Shown: positions 47,801 to 61,069 of the stretch, piece by piece
Position numbering within the stretch: the stretch's first letter is position 1
Layout of the letters: each line of letters starts with the position of its first letter
Assembly (NCBI GenBank): GCA_044892525.1
Contig: CM097885.1
Span: forward strand, 23,126,001 to 23,190,000
DNA from: Schmidtea polychroa
Taxonomy: Eukaryota
Reading direction: 5' to 3'
Length of the DNA stretch: 64,000 nucleotides
Position numbers and translations under genes: made by a program
The notes under the pieces: model-generated
The model's input: the letters and a program-made list of their open reading frames with translations, nothing else
Told to the model about the DNA's origin: nothing
Databases searched by the model: none

Positions 47801-49056
47801 GACAAGAACGCGGACATCGCTCAATTGCACTTGTACATCGGGGCCCTCAAGAAGAGGATCGATCTTTACGACGGTACGTGGTTCTCCTCGCCACAAATGA
47901 AGGAGGAAAGGGCGAAGATCCTCAGATTAGAACACTGTAGGGACAGCCTACTGGAGGAGAGCCGCTGCCAAAGGCTCACAATCAAGGCCCAGTCAGAAGC
48001 CCTCCATAAAGTCTATACGGAGGCAGAACTAGCCAAGCGAGTGCGCGAATTTCCTGTCGCCGACAGAACAAACGTTTTCCCTCTCCACCATCAGTCTTCT
48101 ACAACTTCTACCACAACTTGTCAAGGGCACGGTTCACATCTACCGCCCATCTCAGCCCCAGTGCTGTCAGGATATCTACCAATGAAAGGTAATCCATCTG
48201 ACCCAATTCTGGCCCCGATTCTCGTGGCACCTACCGTCACCACGGATGTAGGGGAAAATCCGCCACCCCGCAAACGCAAACACCCGACCAAAGCCGAGAA
48301 GAATGAAAAATGGAGAAATGCAATAAAGGCGCTCGAAGCATCATTGTCTGCAGCGCAGTCAAAAATAACCGAAATATCATCCACCCATTCGATTCCCTCG
48401 AAGGAAGTTTTCCGTATTGTCCCGGCCAACGGCATCAGATTTATATCGGATTGTCGATTGCCTGTCGACATCGATGAGATAATCGCCGATGGGGAAAACT
48501 TTGCCTAGAAACGATCTACGTTCGACCTCGATTTCTCTTCGAGTTGTGATTCGACTTGCAAACGTTGATAATGCTGCATGTCCAAATTGATCGAATGTTG
48601 TTAAATCTATCATTGGTAACGATGTAATCGCTTTTGTGTTTTCGGTGTCAATATATTTTTCTGTTCGATTTTGTCTTGTGAAGTTTCCGTATGTTTGATT
48701 TTGAAATCAGAATAAACGAAATAATGCTGTGAGATGAATGTAATCAGGATGAAGGTCGTTCCCTTGGACCAGGATCGGACCGTAGCTGATGTATGAATAG
48801 GGGTAAGTCCTTCTAAGGCGCCATGGAACCTGAACCGCGAGTGGGTTATCAGTAGTCCTAAGGTAGGGGCTCACCTGTTAGCCAACTCCAACCCGTGTGG
48901 GCACTACCAACGTGGAACATCGCCACGGGCTCACATGAGGGAATATTCATGAAGTCAATTGGAGTATGATCGGGGAAGATCTAAGTTGAATACGCGTGAT
49001 GGTACAACTGATGATGAATTTTATTTATATTTTTTTTCTCCCCTCATACACCAACA
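44856..49056 (+). mobile_element. Solo LTR (4,201 bp) of a sister family of the giant element
   Basis: TGTTGGG...CCAACA termini with 4-bp TSD GCTG (44852-44855, 49057-49060); removing it restores the CsRn1 LTR as seen at 53720-53730. Confidence 0.93.
47747..48508 (+). CDS. Intact 253-aa LTR-encoded protein (sister-family copy)
   Basis: Same length and collinear with 34230-34991; preceded directly by CTAAC...TTCTAG. Confidence 0.85.
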   Translation: MTTSSNKAKELRPCFSCADKNADIAQLHLYIGALKKRIDLYDGTWFSSPQMKEERAKILRLEHCRDSLLEESRCQRLTIKAQSEALHKVYTEAELAKRVREFPVADRTNVFPLHHQSSTTSTTTCQGHGSHLPPISAPVLSGYLPMKGNPSDPILAPILVAPTVTTDVGENPPPRKRKHPTKAEKNEKWRNAIKALEASLSAAQSKITEISSTHSIPSKEVFRIVPANGIRFISDCRLPVDIDEIIADGENFA

Positions 49057-52000
49057 GCTGTAAGAAATATGGTAGTACCCAGCCGAGTCTCCGGTAAAAT
49101 AACTGTCTCGGGACAGCTGGGGTGAATGTATGTAAGGATATACAAAAATACAATAATAAATTAACAATAATGGATATCAAACAATAACAACTTTTATTAG
49201 CAAGATAAATAAAATAATACGCATATAGATTGATCCGAAAGATATTTTGGTTTCGGATATAAATTAATCCGAAGGATATTGTGGTTTGCTTTAGTTTCGG
49301 ATATAGGCTAATTCGAAGAATATTTTGTTTTCGGATATCTTTTGTTTTCTATTATTTCTGCTATTTACTAGAATCTTCGTCTTTTATTCTTTTATAGTCT
49401 TGTCGATTTTATTTCAAAGTTGTTTCTATCGTTATTTTCCTGGCTTATTTCTGTTGTATTTTCCCATGGAGTAATTGATTTTTTTTCTTTCGATTTTTGT
49501 ATAGCGATAATTTACCATAGTAAATTACCATAGTAAATTATCGCTATAGTATTTTTTATTCTTTTGCCATTGCGACCTACACTCAATAAAATAACAAGGC
49601 GTCGCAAAACCTTGTTTAAAAATAAATAAAATATATAACTGTACATTACACAACTTCCCCCTTTAAAACCGGAGGTTAACATGAATCAATAAAAAGTAAC
49701 ATAAAAAATACATTCAATAACCTTTTTTAGTATGTTTTATGTTTTATGTATTTTATTTCTGTTTCTTTGTATCTACAAACTGGATAAAACAATAAATTTA
49801 CAATTTACTCTATATTTACAACGAAACTGATAAAAAACTGTACAATTGGCATTGTTTGTGCGTGTTTTTTGTGTTGGTGTTTTAATTAAGGCAATCGCTG
49901 TATCGTTTTTGTATAGGGGTGTGATTATTGTATCTTTGTCAAATAGTTTGAGTTTCTGTGGTTAAATGTGATGTTTTTGTTAATTGGTTGTGTTTTCGTT
50001 TGTGTTTGTGTTTTGTTTTCTGGTGGATTGTTTTGTGGGTTTTCGTTCTGGTGATAGGGTTTTATTCGTCTTATGTTTGTTTTCATTTTGTTGTTTTTGA
50101 TTATTGTGGCGACGTTTTTGTTAATTTCTAGGAGTTTGAATAGACCTTCGTATTTGGATTCGAAACCTTTTCTGAATGGTTTTTTTATTAGGATGAAATC
50201 TGTTGTTAGTACTGTTTTTCCATCCAATTCAGAGTCTGATCTCCTTTTTAAAATTCCTTTTTGTTCGGTGTTTTCGCTGTTTTTGTTTGTTATTTGCTTG
50301 ATGTTTTCATTGTTTTTAGTTGTATCTGATTTAAGTGATGGCAAGTTTGTTGCTTTTCCGAAAACCTTGTATGCTGGACTTTTATTATCTATTGAGTTTG
50401 AGCTGTTTCTCAATCCGATTAGTATTGTGGGTAGTTGATTTAACCAGTTTTGATCGTTGGCTTTTGTTCTGATTCTTTCTTTTAATGTTCTGTGAAACCG
50501 TTCAATTTTTCCGTTTGATTGTGGGTTGTAAACTGTTGTTCGGTTCCCTTTGATGTTGTATTTGTTGCAGAGTATTTTGAACATTTCTGATTCGAACTGT
50601 CTGCCTTGATCAGTTATGATTGTTTTCGGTTGGCCATAACGAGCTATCCAATTTAGTTCGATCATTTCACAGATATTTTTTGCAGTGATTTCTTTTATTG
50701 GTATTACTTTGAACCAGCTGGATTTCCTGTCTATAATTGCCAGCAGGTATTTGTAGTTGTCGTTTGGTGGTAGTTGTCCTACCACATCTGTGTGTTTCAA
50801 ACACTTCGCTGCTTGGGAAGTTTACTTTTTGAGGTTTGAGTTTTTTTGTGGTTTTGTTTAATTGGCAGCTGTGACAACTCTTGACGTACTTTTTGATGTC
50901 TTTCCACATGTTAGGCCATACTCTGTGCCGTTGAGTTCTTGTAGTTTCAAACTGTGTTTAGTGGGGAGTTTATTAATTGTTTCGTTTTGTTTGGATTTAT
51001 TTGGATAATTTGATCCAATTCGATTATCTCTTCGAATTCCAGGGAGTTTATGTCACTTTCGATTCTTGATAGAGCATCAGCTGCTATGTTTGATATTCCC
51101 GCTACGTAGTTTATTGTGCAGTTGAATTGTGAAATGAAGTTGATTTGTCTAATCTGCCTTGGTGAGGGATTCTTCATTTCGATTGCGTTAGTTAGCAGTT
51201 TGTGATCTGTGAATATTTTGACGTTTCGTCCTTAAAACAAATGTTGGAAGTTGATTGCTTCGTGTATTGCCAGGAGTTCTCTGTCGAATGTTGATTATCT
51301 TTTTTGGTGTAACTTTAGTTTTTTAGAGAAGAATCCTAGTGGTTGTTTGCCGTATTTGTTTTCCTGGAAAATTGTTGCGCCCATTGCAAAACCTGAACAG
51401 TCTGTTGTTAGTTGTAATCTAGCTCTGGATCTGGGTAACCGAGTAATGTTGCCGTTGAAAGACTTTCTTTGGCTTTCTCGAAAGTTTCGGTTGTTTGTTG
51501 TGTCCAGTTTATTGTGACATTCCGTTTTGTTTTGATAAGGTCGTTTAGTGGTGCTAGTAATTTACTGCAGTTATGGATGTAAGAATGGTAAAAGTTTACC
51601 ATTCCTAGAAATCTCGTCAACTCTCTTGTGTTGGCAGTTTGTAATTTTTTATGCTGTTTATTTTGTTTTTCAATTGGTTGTGTTCCTTTGTCATTTAGTG
51701 CGTGACCAAGGAAGTTTATTTCTGTTTTCATGAATTCACATTTTTGTGTGTTTATTTTCAATTGTGCTTTGTTCAGCGTTTCGAATACTTTTTCCACGTC
51801 TTTTAAATGTGCTGCTTTATCTGGGCTTGTAATTAGAATGTCGTCTAGGTAAGCAATTGTTATTTTGTTGTTTTTCATTGTTTGATCCATGAATCGTCGG
51901 AAAGTTGCTGCGACATTTCCTAGACCGAAAGGCATTCTATTGCACTCGAACATTCCTATTGGTGTTGTTATTACTGTTTTTTTTACGTCTTCTTTTTTGA

Positions 52001-54851
52001 TGGGGATCTGATGATATGCCTTTTGTAGATCAATTTTCGAAAAGTATTTGGCGCCGTTTATTCGGTTTATTTTGTCTTATTATAGGTAATGGGAGCTGTC
52101 TGGCTCTGTTATTTTATTCAGTAGTCTGTAATCACAACAAGCTCTCCATTCGCTATTAGCTTTTTGTTTTAGAATTTGAATGTTGACTATGTTGTTTTAC
52201 AATAGTTCGTTAAAAATGTTTTTTGTGATTTATATTTTTTTTGGATCTAGTGGTCTTACTTTTGCATGTACTGGATTTCCATTTGTCAGTATTGCGTGTT
52301 CGGTAGTTTGTTCTGATTTGTCGTCAAATTGTACTGGTTCCATTAGTTCTTTGTATCGTTTTAGGATTTTGTTGATTTCTGGTGTTATTTTTTTTAGATT
52401 AGTTTTGTTTTTTGTGTTTAAGGTTACTACGCCTATGTCAATTTTTTTTTCTCTGTTGCTCGTGATGTATTGTGGTGTTGTTGTATCGGTATTTTCTAAT
52501 ATTTGTTTGTTTTTGCAATCCACTAGGAAGTTGTATTTTGTTAAGAAATCTGCTCCTATTATTGCTTGTTGAACATCCGCTATTGTAAATGTCCAGTTGT
52601 AGTTTTTTTTGTTTATGTTCAGATTTAGTGTTTGTTGTCCGAATGTTTCGATGCTTGTTCCGTTGGCTGCTGTTAACAGTTTATCTGCAGTTTTTGTATT
52701 TTTATACATTTAATGTGGTAGTAATGAGATCACCGAACGGGTGTCTATTAGAAAATAAGTGTTATTTGTGTGCATCCAAAATGTATTGTTTTTGCCACCT
52801 TATGTGGGTGCTATCATTAGTGACTTTTTTAGTTTTCCTGCTCATTTTTATGATAGTCGCAGGGTTTTACGCATTTGTATGCTTTGTCGCCAAATTTGTT
52901 ATGAAAGTAGCAGTGGTTTTTGTTTAGGAAATCATTTATTGAATCCCTTTCTGGACTGTTGTTTCGGTAATTGTTGTATCGGTTTGGGGAGTTTGACCGG
53001 TTTCTGTAGTGGCCGTTTGGGGATTGTCTGTGGTTGTAGTTGTTTCTGTCTGTTGTTTCCGTCAGATGGTCGATCATAGTTTTGTCTATTGTGATTATAT
53101 GATAGTTGCTCTGTGTTGAAATTGTTTCTGTTGAATAGGTCTCTGTTTTCGTTTGGATTGAAATTTTGTCTGTTGTATTTCTCTTTTATTTCGACTAGTT
53201 CCGTTTTTATTTGTCTGTTTTCGACAATTATTTCGTCGAATTTGCTTATCAAAGTGTTTATTAATCGGTTTGTTGTTTTTCGCCACTAAAGTAGTTTGGG
53301 ATGTTTGTTCTTGAGTTAATTACTGAGTTTATGGTGTGTGTATTATCTGTGCTAGTGTTTGGTTTATAGTAGTAATTCGTATTTTCCATCATGTGTGTGT
53401 TTTCATTATTATTGGGTGTTTGTGAAATGTTTTTTGGATTTGTTTGATTTGATGCCATTATTTGGTTTGTTGATGTTATTTTATTACTTGTTGTGTTAAA
53501 AGGATATAGCTTACTGTGTTCAGCCAAAAGAGTCACTATCCTTTATACTTCTATAATAAGTATGCGGAAAGGCGTAGTGATTGAAAAAAATCGTCGAATG
53601 GAGTGTCGTGTCGTGTTTGCTTTGCTTCTGACACCAGTTATGTTAGGAGGTTCCTATTATATTTGTGCGTATTTTATTTGTCTTATATTATATGTATTAT
53701 GCTTGTAATTATGTTCGTGAATGCTGTAAAAAATATGGTAGTACCCAGCCGAGTCTCCGGTAAAATAACTGTCTCGGGACAGCTGGGGTGAATGCATGTA
53801 AGGATTTACAAAAATACAATAATAAATTAACAATAATGGATATCAAACAATAACAACTTTTATTAGCAAGATAAATAAAATAATACGCATATAGATTGAT
53901 CCGAAAGATATTTTGGTTTTTATTCCGAATTCGTTGCTCAAGAGTGTTTTACCTCATGTATTTTACCTCACTGTATAAGTGAGTTGGTGCAGCTTATAAT
54001 ATTGAGTATTCCCCTCTCTTCCGGATTTAGAGTCAATGACATTTGGCTACAGGTTCTCCTACACTTCTCAGCGGCCGGTACAAACTCGACTTTAATCTCT
54101 TCGTCTCTTAGGATCTTTCTAACAGTCTATCTATCCAGTTAAAAGGTTTCTGAAAGATCCTTAATGGTAGAATTTGGTTTTTTGGAAGAATTTATTACAC
54201 GATCACTAAGTTCTTTGTTGAGTGTTGTCCTTTCTTTGCGACCCATATTGTGGGGTTATTTTTTCAAAAATTTTAATTAAAAAGGTATATTGATTTGCAT
54301 AAATGGGGATATAGAATTGCATAACCCTGTAAATAATGCATCTAAAGATACCGATACTGAAACCAAACCAAATGAACCTAAATGTGATGTAAATCAAAAA
54401 TCGCTACATCATGAATATCCTAAATCAAATAAAAATGTCCAAATAACCCAGTCCCACCCACTCCTACACACACCTATTCAACGCCTACCCCAGCCCCACC
54501 CAACCCCAGCCCCATTTACCTAACCTTTCGCTTAATTGATGTAAAATTATGATTAAATTTTAAAATCTTCTTAAACCGTGACATTAATTATCTATCAAGA
54601 TAAATGTGTGTGTTCTATCTCTTACAAATTGTTTATGTTGGATGATATTCACAGAATTATAGTTTTGATGGAATTACACGTAAGTCAATTCTGACGACAC
54701 ATACTGTATATACCTATTTGTTAATACGAATGGCAATGATTATTTCGATCGACTAATTTAAATGTGATAAGGCCTACGGTATTTCTCAATTCAATAACCA
54801 GAAATCAACCAAAATCAAAATTAGAAATCAATTCTAAATTAAACAATATTA

Positions 54852-56973
54852 CCGTAATTTCCCGGTAATAAGTCGCTTCTGTGTATAAGTCGCAATTGTA
54901 AAAAATGGCTAAAATTTTGGAAAAATTAATATATAAGTCGCTCCGTTATTTAAGTCGCACTTATACAGTAATAAGCATGCCTCTGCGGAAATGTTTACTT
55001 TGTTCGGTGGTGGTCGCCAAGTTTAATTAAAGACACTAAAGAGAAGAGGTGAGAACAAAAATCATTTAGCGCAAGTATTTAATAACGTGGAATATTTCTT
55101 TTTAATTTATAGAGAATTTATTTATATCAATAAAACGAAATGCCTAAGTTATAAATATCGATTAATGAAGTTAAATTTATCAATAAAAATCAGAGTCTGT
55201 AAATTCATTAAATCCATTAAAGCCTTCATCTTCAGTATCGCTTTCAAATAATTGGGCAATTTCATCTGATACAGTCAGTTCATAGTTGTCATCATCATCA
55301 TCGCTATCAGAGTCGTCGTTGTCATCATTGTCTGCCAGTAAGATTTCCGCTTTCTTGAATCCACTGGTGATAATCGCCGGATTCAATTTATCCCATGCCT
55401 CGACCACCCATTTGGCCACTTCCGCAAAGGTGGCATGACGCATGCGACCTGTTGCCGTAAAGCTATGTTCACCACTGGTCATCCATCTTTCCCACAAACG
55501 ACGCAGATGGACCTTGAAACTTCGGTTGACAGAAATATCCAGAGGCTGTAGCACCTTCGTCAGACCACCTGGTATAATGACAGGAATCGAGTTGTTGCCT
55601 TTAACTTTCGTTTTTATGTTCTCTGTGATGTGAGCTCGCATACTGTCCATTACGAACAATGCCATTTTAGTTTTGAAGAATCCGCCAGGCCTCTTTGAAA
55701 CATCTCTCCAACCATATGTTCATCATTTCTTCATCCATCCATCCCTTTGCGTTGGTTTGAATGATCACGTTGTTAGGAAATGCCTCTTTTGGCATGGTTT
55801 TCCTTTTGAAGATTATCATTGGAGGAAGCTTCCTTCCATCACCACAGCATGACAGCACGACCGTAAAGTGCGATTTCTCGTGGCCAGTTGTTCTTATGTT
55901 GATCGTTTTCTCACCTTTGTTATTGAGAGTTCGGCCCAGAGGAATTTCGAAGGTGAGTGGAACTTCATCCATGTTGATAATATGATCTGGAATGATTTCA
56001 TATTTCGCGACTTTTGAATAAATGAATTCACGAAAATTCCGGATTTTTTCGATGTAGTCAGCAGGCAGTTGTTGACACATGGTCGTTCTTGATCTGATGC
56101 AGAGCTGCTGTCGCTTCATGAAATGAAAACACCAAGATGGTCCACCAATGAATTCATCAATTCCCAGATCATTCGCTATTTCTTTGGCCTTAAGACGAAC
56201 TTGGACGGTTGATATTCCGCGACCTTGAGCTCGCTGCTCCACAATAAACTTAGAAAGCTGATTTTCCAGTCCTGGCCATCTTGCTTTATGACCTCGATTC
56301 GCCCGCTTGGTTCTTTTTGTCAGCAACAGCGCATCTTTTGAGTTTCACCAGTCTCGAACTAGTTTTTCACTAATATTAAATCGCCACTCAGTCGCTCGAT
56401 TGCCGTTTTCCTCAGCAAATTTGATAGTTTGCAGCTTAAACTCGGCAGTGTACGATTTCCTTGTTTTGTTGGAACTCATTTTGCACTAAACTTTCGGTAT
56501 ATTTTAATTTGAAAAATTAAATTGTTTTGACAGGAAATCTATTACAGCGGTCTTATATACACTGCCATCTAGTGATTAAAGCTGACATCTGTTTGATGGG
56601 CTCTCAAATTTTGGATCCAGGGTCCGAAATGACCAATCAGATCGGCAGTTAAACTGACACGCCAACATGGCGGCAGTTCGCCTAGCCTAGACATCCTGTA
56701 AGCTTGGTTTACGAAATAGGCTATATGGCGTCTTAGATATATTATAATGATGGTGATGGTTTATGATTGTATCATATTACAAAAAGGGCCTTTGATAACC
56801 ACGGCATCAATTATCAGTTCATCAAAGACAGAACAGTCACAAATTGTTGATTACATTTAGATTTATTATAGAAACGGCACGTGATTAAACTTATTATATA
56901 AGTCGCTCCTTTATTTAAGTCGCAGCACCGTCAGCGTCTGAAAAAACCGCGACTTATAGACCGGAAATTACGG
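54852..56973 (-). mobile_element. pogo/Tigger-family (POGK-like) DNA transposon; transposase 56479-55180 with one nonsense codon and one frameshift
   Basis: TA-flanked TIRs CCGTAATTTC(C)CGGT..ATAAGTCGC. N-terminal RKSYTAEFKL HTH, WPGLENQL/GGPSWCFHF CENP-B HTH, and DDE_1 motifs NMDEVP, MDSMRAH and LQPLDISVNRSFK. TGA near 56348; shift near 55697. Confidence 0.93.
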
Positions 56974-58914
56974 TAATTAATTAATTAAATTGAATAATAA
57001 TAGAGAAAATAAGTGTTTTAATCAACAACTCAAAAGGAAAATACTCTTCAAAATAAAAAAAATGTCAAACGAAACTATCGCTACTTACCAATAGACAAGC
57101 ACCACATGCATCAGACAACAATAACAATAGGCAAATTATGATTGTGGTAGTGCCCATGAAAATCCTAATTAATCTATGAATCTTCAAGTCAAACTAAATC
57201 AATTTAACAACAAATCAAATGAACCAAAATTTAATAGATAATTTATTCGCTTCGACAAGAAATAAAATAAAATTCTAATTCTAATAAAAGTAAAAACTCT
57301 ATATACTAATCATAATATTACAAATGAAAATGTTCCACTAAATAAAGATAATGGATTTAGATTTGATATTAACAATTTAATTTCTAATGGAATGAATAAA
57401 TCTAATAAAAATGTCCCATTGATTAATGACTTTAATTTAAAAATAAATGAGGATATACATAATTTTGAATTTCAAATTATTAAAAATAATGAAAATAATA
57501 AAAGATATACCCCAACCAGCTAGGAAAGACATAACAAAAACATATTTACCATATAGCAACAACAGGTATGCAGATATAGCTATCTATGAAGATCAGATGG
57601 AACAAGAAAATCAAGAAGATAAAGTATTTAATAAAATTTCATAATGAAGTAATTTACGTTCTGATCTTTATACTATTTTAAATCCTTCACTAAAAATAAT
57701 TTTTAATAAATAACGACTATTTTATTATAAACATTTTATGTTTTGATTGATAAACAACGGCACTGGGGTCCGGAAGGCCACAGCTCGAAGGACATTAGTT
57801 GTTCCTAAGATGGTACTTCAGGGTCGTAGTGGAATGGATCGGGTCATCTCGTGGGGGATTCTCCACTGATCTGTCGCCACAGGGAAAATAGTTTTGTAAA
57901 TTGTGACTGAAGATATTAGCTAAAAATGAAGGCGATGAAATGAAAACGCAGTATTGTATCAGTAATCAGGATTGCTCGCAATTACTAGGAATTTTCGTAC
58001 CCCGTTATTCTCATTTCTTTAAAAACCCAAGGGATTCTACGTTTATGAAACTTTAAAGAGTCAACAATTTCTGTAACTTTTCTAAGCGACCACTGTGCCG
58101 AATTACACCACTCACTTATAATGAGAGTCACAAAAGTTTAACTAATATGATTGAAGAGACAATCTTGGAAAATACAGTATCATGTCATGTGCTTCACTTC
58201 GAAAGAGACGAATGTAAACTATAGCGAAATGTTCAAAGATTCCCGTCAACTCCATAGGTATCAGTCCTCAAACTTCATGCGTTTCACTCACTAATCGTAT
58301 TTTGGTAACTCATTAGTTGGCATAAATAAATTACAAAAAATGTAGAAAAATTAACAAAGACTAAATCCCATACCAAATTTATTATTTTAAACATTTATGA
58401 AAAATTACATATTAAAATAATATTACTAATTGATTTGTGTGTGCACACAGACGCAGACAATTGTCAAATTATTAGTTTATCTCGCGTCTGTGTGCGCTTT
58501 TTACTTTGTTGATTTGAATTGTGTGCGCACACAGACGCGGAAAATTGTGGAATTTAGTCAAAGTTATTTGTGAGTTTTATTTGAGTTTTGATCGATTTTT
58601 ATTGTATCGGTTTTTTAGAGTGTTGGAGTTATGTTTTCTGGAATTGTGGTTTTAAAGAACTGATTTATAATTTTGATTTGAATTTTTGGCCTTAGTGAAA
58701 TATGGAAGATAATGAATGTTTGAATTGAATTGAATGAATTCTGTGTGATGTGGGAATCCATGCTATAAAATATGTTTATTTAAATAAATGTTGAGTTAAG
58801 TAGAGGCGTTAGTTCTGTTTTTTCCGAAGTTTTCTGTAGTGTCGTTAAGAGTGTGAGAATGAATGGGTAATTAACAATAAAGCCAAATAACCTTGATCGA
58901 TACCTCGAATAATG

Positions 58915-59045
58915 AAAAAGACGTAAGTCCTTCTATCGGCCGTCAGGAAGCGGAGAAGTCGAGATAGGGTGAAAGAGTAATCCTAAGGTAGGGGTTCACC
59001 TGCTTCATCTTATCCCGCCATAGCACAGCATCAACATGATGCGAA
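58915..59045 (+). mobile_element. Relic of a fourth giant-LTR relative (3' part of LTR)
   Basis: ACGTAAGTCCTTCTATCGGC...TAATCCTAAGGTAGGGGTTCACCTGC matches 44165-44245 and 48801-48877; boundaries unresolved. Confidence 0.6.
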
Positions 59046-60234
59046 TAACTCTACATATACGCATTACATGTAAAGATTGACATAATCTATAAACAACAAG
59101 TTAGAACCTGAGACCACGTGACACAATGGTGAGTCATAGCGTCAATAACAATGCTATATAATATATATAGTATATATAATGAACCAATTTATTAGATTAA
59201 ATGTAAATTTTTTTCTTTGGGATTTTCGAGTTCCGCACAGATTTCATCTTCTTCAGTTACTTCGTAAATATCGAATCCGACCAGTGCCGATCTCAATAAG
59301 ATTAATTTTATTATAGAAATTTATTGATCGGCGAACATTTTATTGATTTGCTCTCATTATATTCTTTTTCTGGGAGAGATTTTGCATTCTTTTCATTTAG
59401 CAATTGTTCATATTCACGACTGGATCGATTCATTGAGATCGAATTCATTGTTAACCGAAAAAGATGACAATGACGGATATAAAGTTGAAACTGAGTTTCT
59501 AAAGCATGGATGTTTCTAATACAGATTGAAAAGAGTTTTTGTCTGAACATTCTTTCAATTCAAATTCACTAGATAAGTATTGAGGACGTGGCAATGCAAT
59601 TACTATAAACTTCGATATAAAATATACAATGACTACATCATTGTCCCAAATATAAGTTGTTGATCTGTTAGAGAAAACCATATGGTAACGAACGTGTTCA
59701 TTCTTACGGTCTACCAGAGAAATTATTTTAAATATCATACAAGTGGTTTCAACTCTAATCTATTTATTTTATTTAAAAACAAACAAGTAAGTAAAAATAC
59801 AAATGTAATTTTTTTCCTGGGATATGAATTTTTAATTCCAATAGTCACGCGGTCACGACTTTGCCATTCGTGCCCTTTACAATGGCAATAAGACAGTTAA
59901 ACAAATTTATTTAGATACGATTTTTGAGAAATAAAATCGGTGAATACCTTTCACTAAACACAATTCAACATATCGCTAGTAGATAGATTAAAGCCCGCAA
60001 AACTATTATCATTATTATTATTACTTTCAAGAGATTGTTACCATATTAATTAAAATGAGCAACGAATTAAAATAACTACTATGTAAACATAGGTAAATTA
60101 TTTACAAGTTTAAACATTTTATCTATTTGAAAAGATTTACAAATGTTTAAACTTGTAAATAATATAGAGCAATTTAACATATTTAACAACTATATTTAAC
60201 AACTGCACACAATTCTATATACAGATTGAGAAGC

Positions 60235-60580
60235 CTCCAATGAAGAACGTGGTTCTTCTTGGGCATATGCGTGAGTATCAGCTTCTCAACTTTCGAATCA
60301 GTCGGGCACATTTTTTCCGGAGTAATCGGAAAATCATTCAAATAATCATGCGCACAGGAATAGCGATATCAACCTCCATAGTATAGCAATATGGAAGGTC
60401 ATCGATATCAGCATTCACAAATTCATTCAACTCATCATATCAAGATTCTCATACACCTAAACGAAGTCACCACTCGGAAGATTTGCGCTAAGAGCCCGAC
60501 CATACAAGTTATTGATTTCTATATACAAGAGTTCTGTATCTTCAAAACTTGCGACATAATGTTTGTTAAAAATTTTTAAC
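60235..60580 (-). pseudogene. Degraded protein-primed family-B DNA polymerase fragment (Polinton/Maverick-like)
   Basis: The reverse strand translates to LLYIEINNLYGRALSANLPSGDF...YTMEVDIAIP.AHDYLNDFPITPEK...KVEKLILTHMPKKNHVLH, collinear with the Polinton pPolB motifs YxDxNNLYG, LEVD, HD..ND.P..PE and KL..TL..K.NYV.H. Confidence 0.65.
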
Positions 60581-60596
60581 CCACCACGTAATCCTC

Positions 60597-60768
60597 NNNN
60601 NNNNNNNNNNNNNNNNNNNNNNNNNNNNNNNNNNNNNNNNNNNNNNNNNNNNNNNNNNNNNNNNNNNNNNNNNNNNNNNNNNNNNNNNNNNNNNNNNNNN
60701 NNNNNNNNNNNNNNNNNNNNNNNNNNNNNNNNNNNNNNNNNNNNNNNNNNNNNNNNNNNNNNNNNNNN
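60597..60768. other. Assembly gap (N run)
   Basis: Ns in the sequence. Confidence 0.99.
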
Positions 60769-60991
60769 TCTTTTTATTTATATTAAAGATGTTAAAGTTA
60801 AAAAACTAAATATTTTTTATTCCAGGACAGTTTCGCATTTAGGACAAATAAAAATACAGGTGCTATAGAATTTATGACCAAAGTAATTTTTCATCATTTT
60901 ATGACATACCGAGCTCTGACCAATTAGCGAATTACAATATTTCTTATATAGTTTGCCTGATAAAATATATATATTTCTTAAATGAATTAAA

Positions 60992-60995
<4 letters not shown>

Positions 60996-61064
<69 letters not shown>
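60996..61064. repeat. (TA)n microsatellite
   Basis: Directly visible. Confidence 0.95.

Positions 61065-61069
<5 letters not shown>

Larger units (their letters stand above)
44772..53918 (-). mobile_element. Degenerate CsRn1-clade Ty3/Gypsy element; 3' LTR 44772-49650 split by a solo LTR, 5' LTR 53641-53918 truncated
   Basis: LTR copies start TGTTAGGAGGTTCC at 44772 and 53641. PBS TGGTGTCAGAAGC (tRNA-Leu-like, 53624-53636); PPT AAAGGGGGAAG (49654-49664). Gag has the CHCC motif CYFHNKFGDKAYKCVKPC characteristic of CsRn1. Fragmented PR (YFLIDTRSVISLLP), RT (YLDD) and INT (PQSNGKIERFHRTLK). Confidence 0.9.
41409..54329 (-). mobile_element. Tc1/mariner (IS630-Tc1) DNA transposon disrupted by nested retroelements; transposase pieces 54246-53919, 44771-44432, 41777-41602
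   Basis: TA-flanked TIRs CAGGGTTATGCAA(A/T)TCT at 41409 and inverted ending at 54329. N-terminus MGRKERTTLNKEL, catalytic VMDHAKFH and PYSPELNPIEEFF; the C-terminus resumes after the ATCG TSD. The left end carries ~5 copies of a 22-bp unit (41416-41525). Confidence 0.85.
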
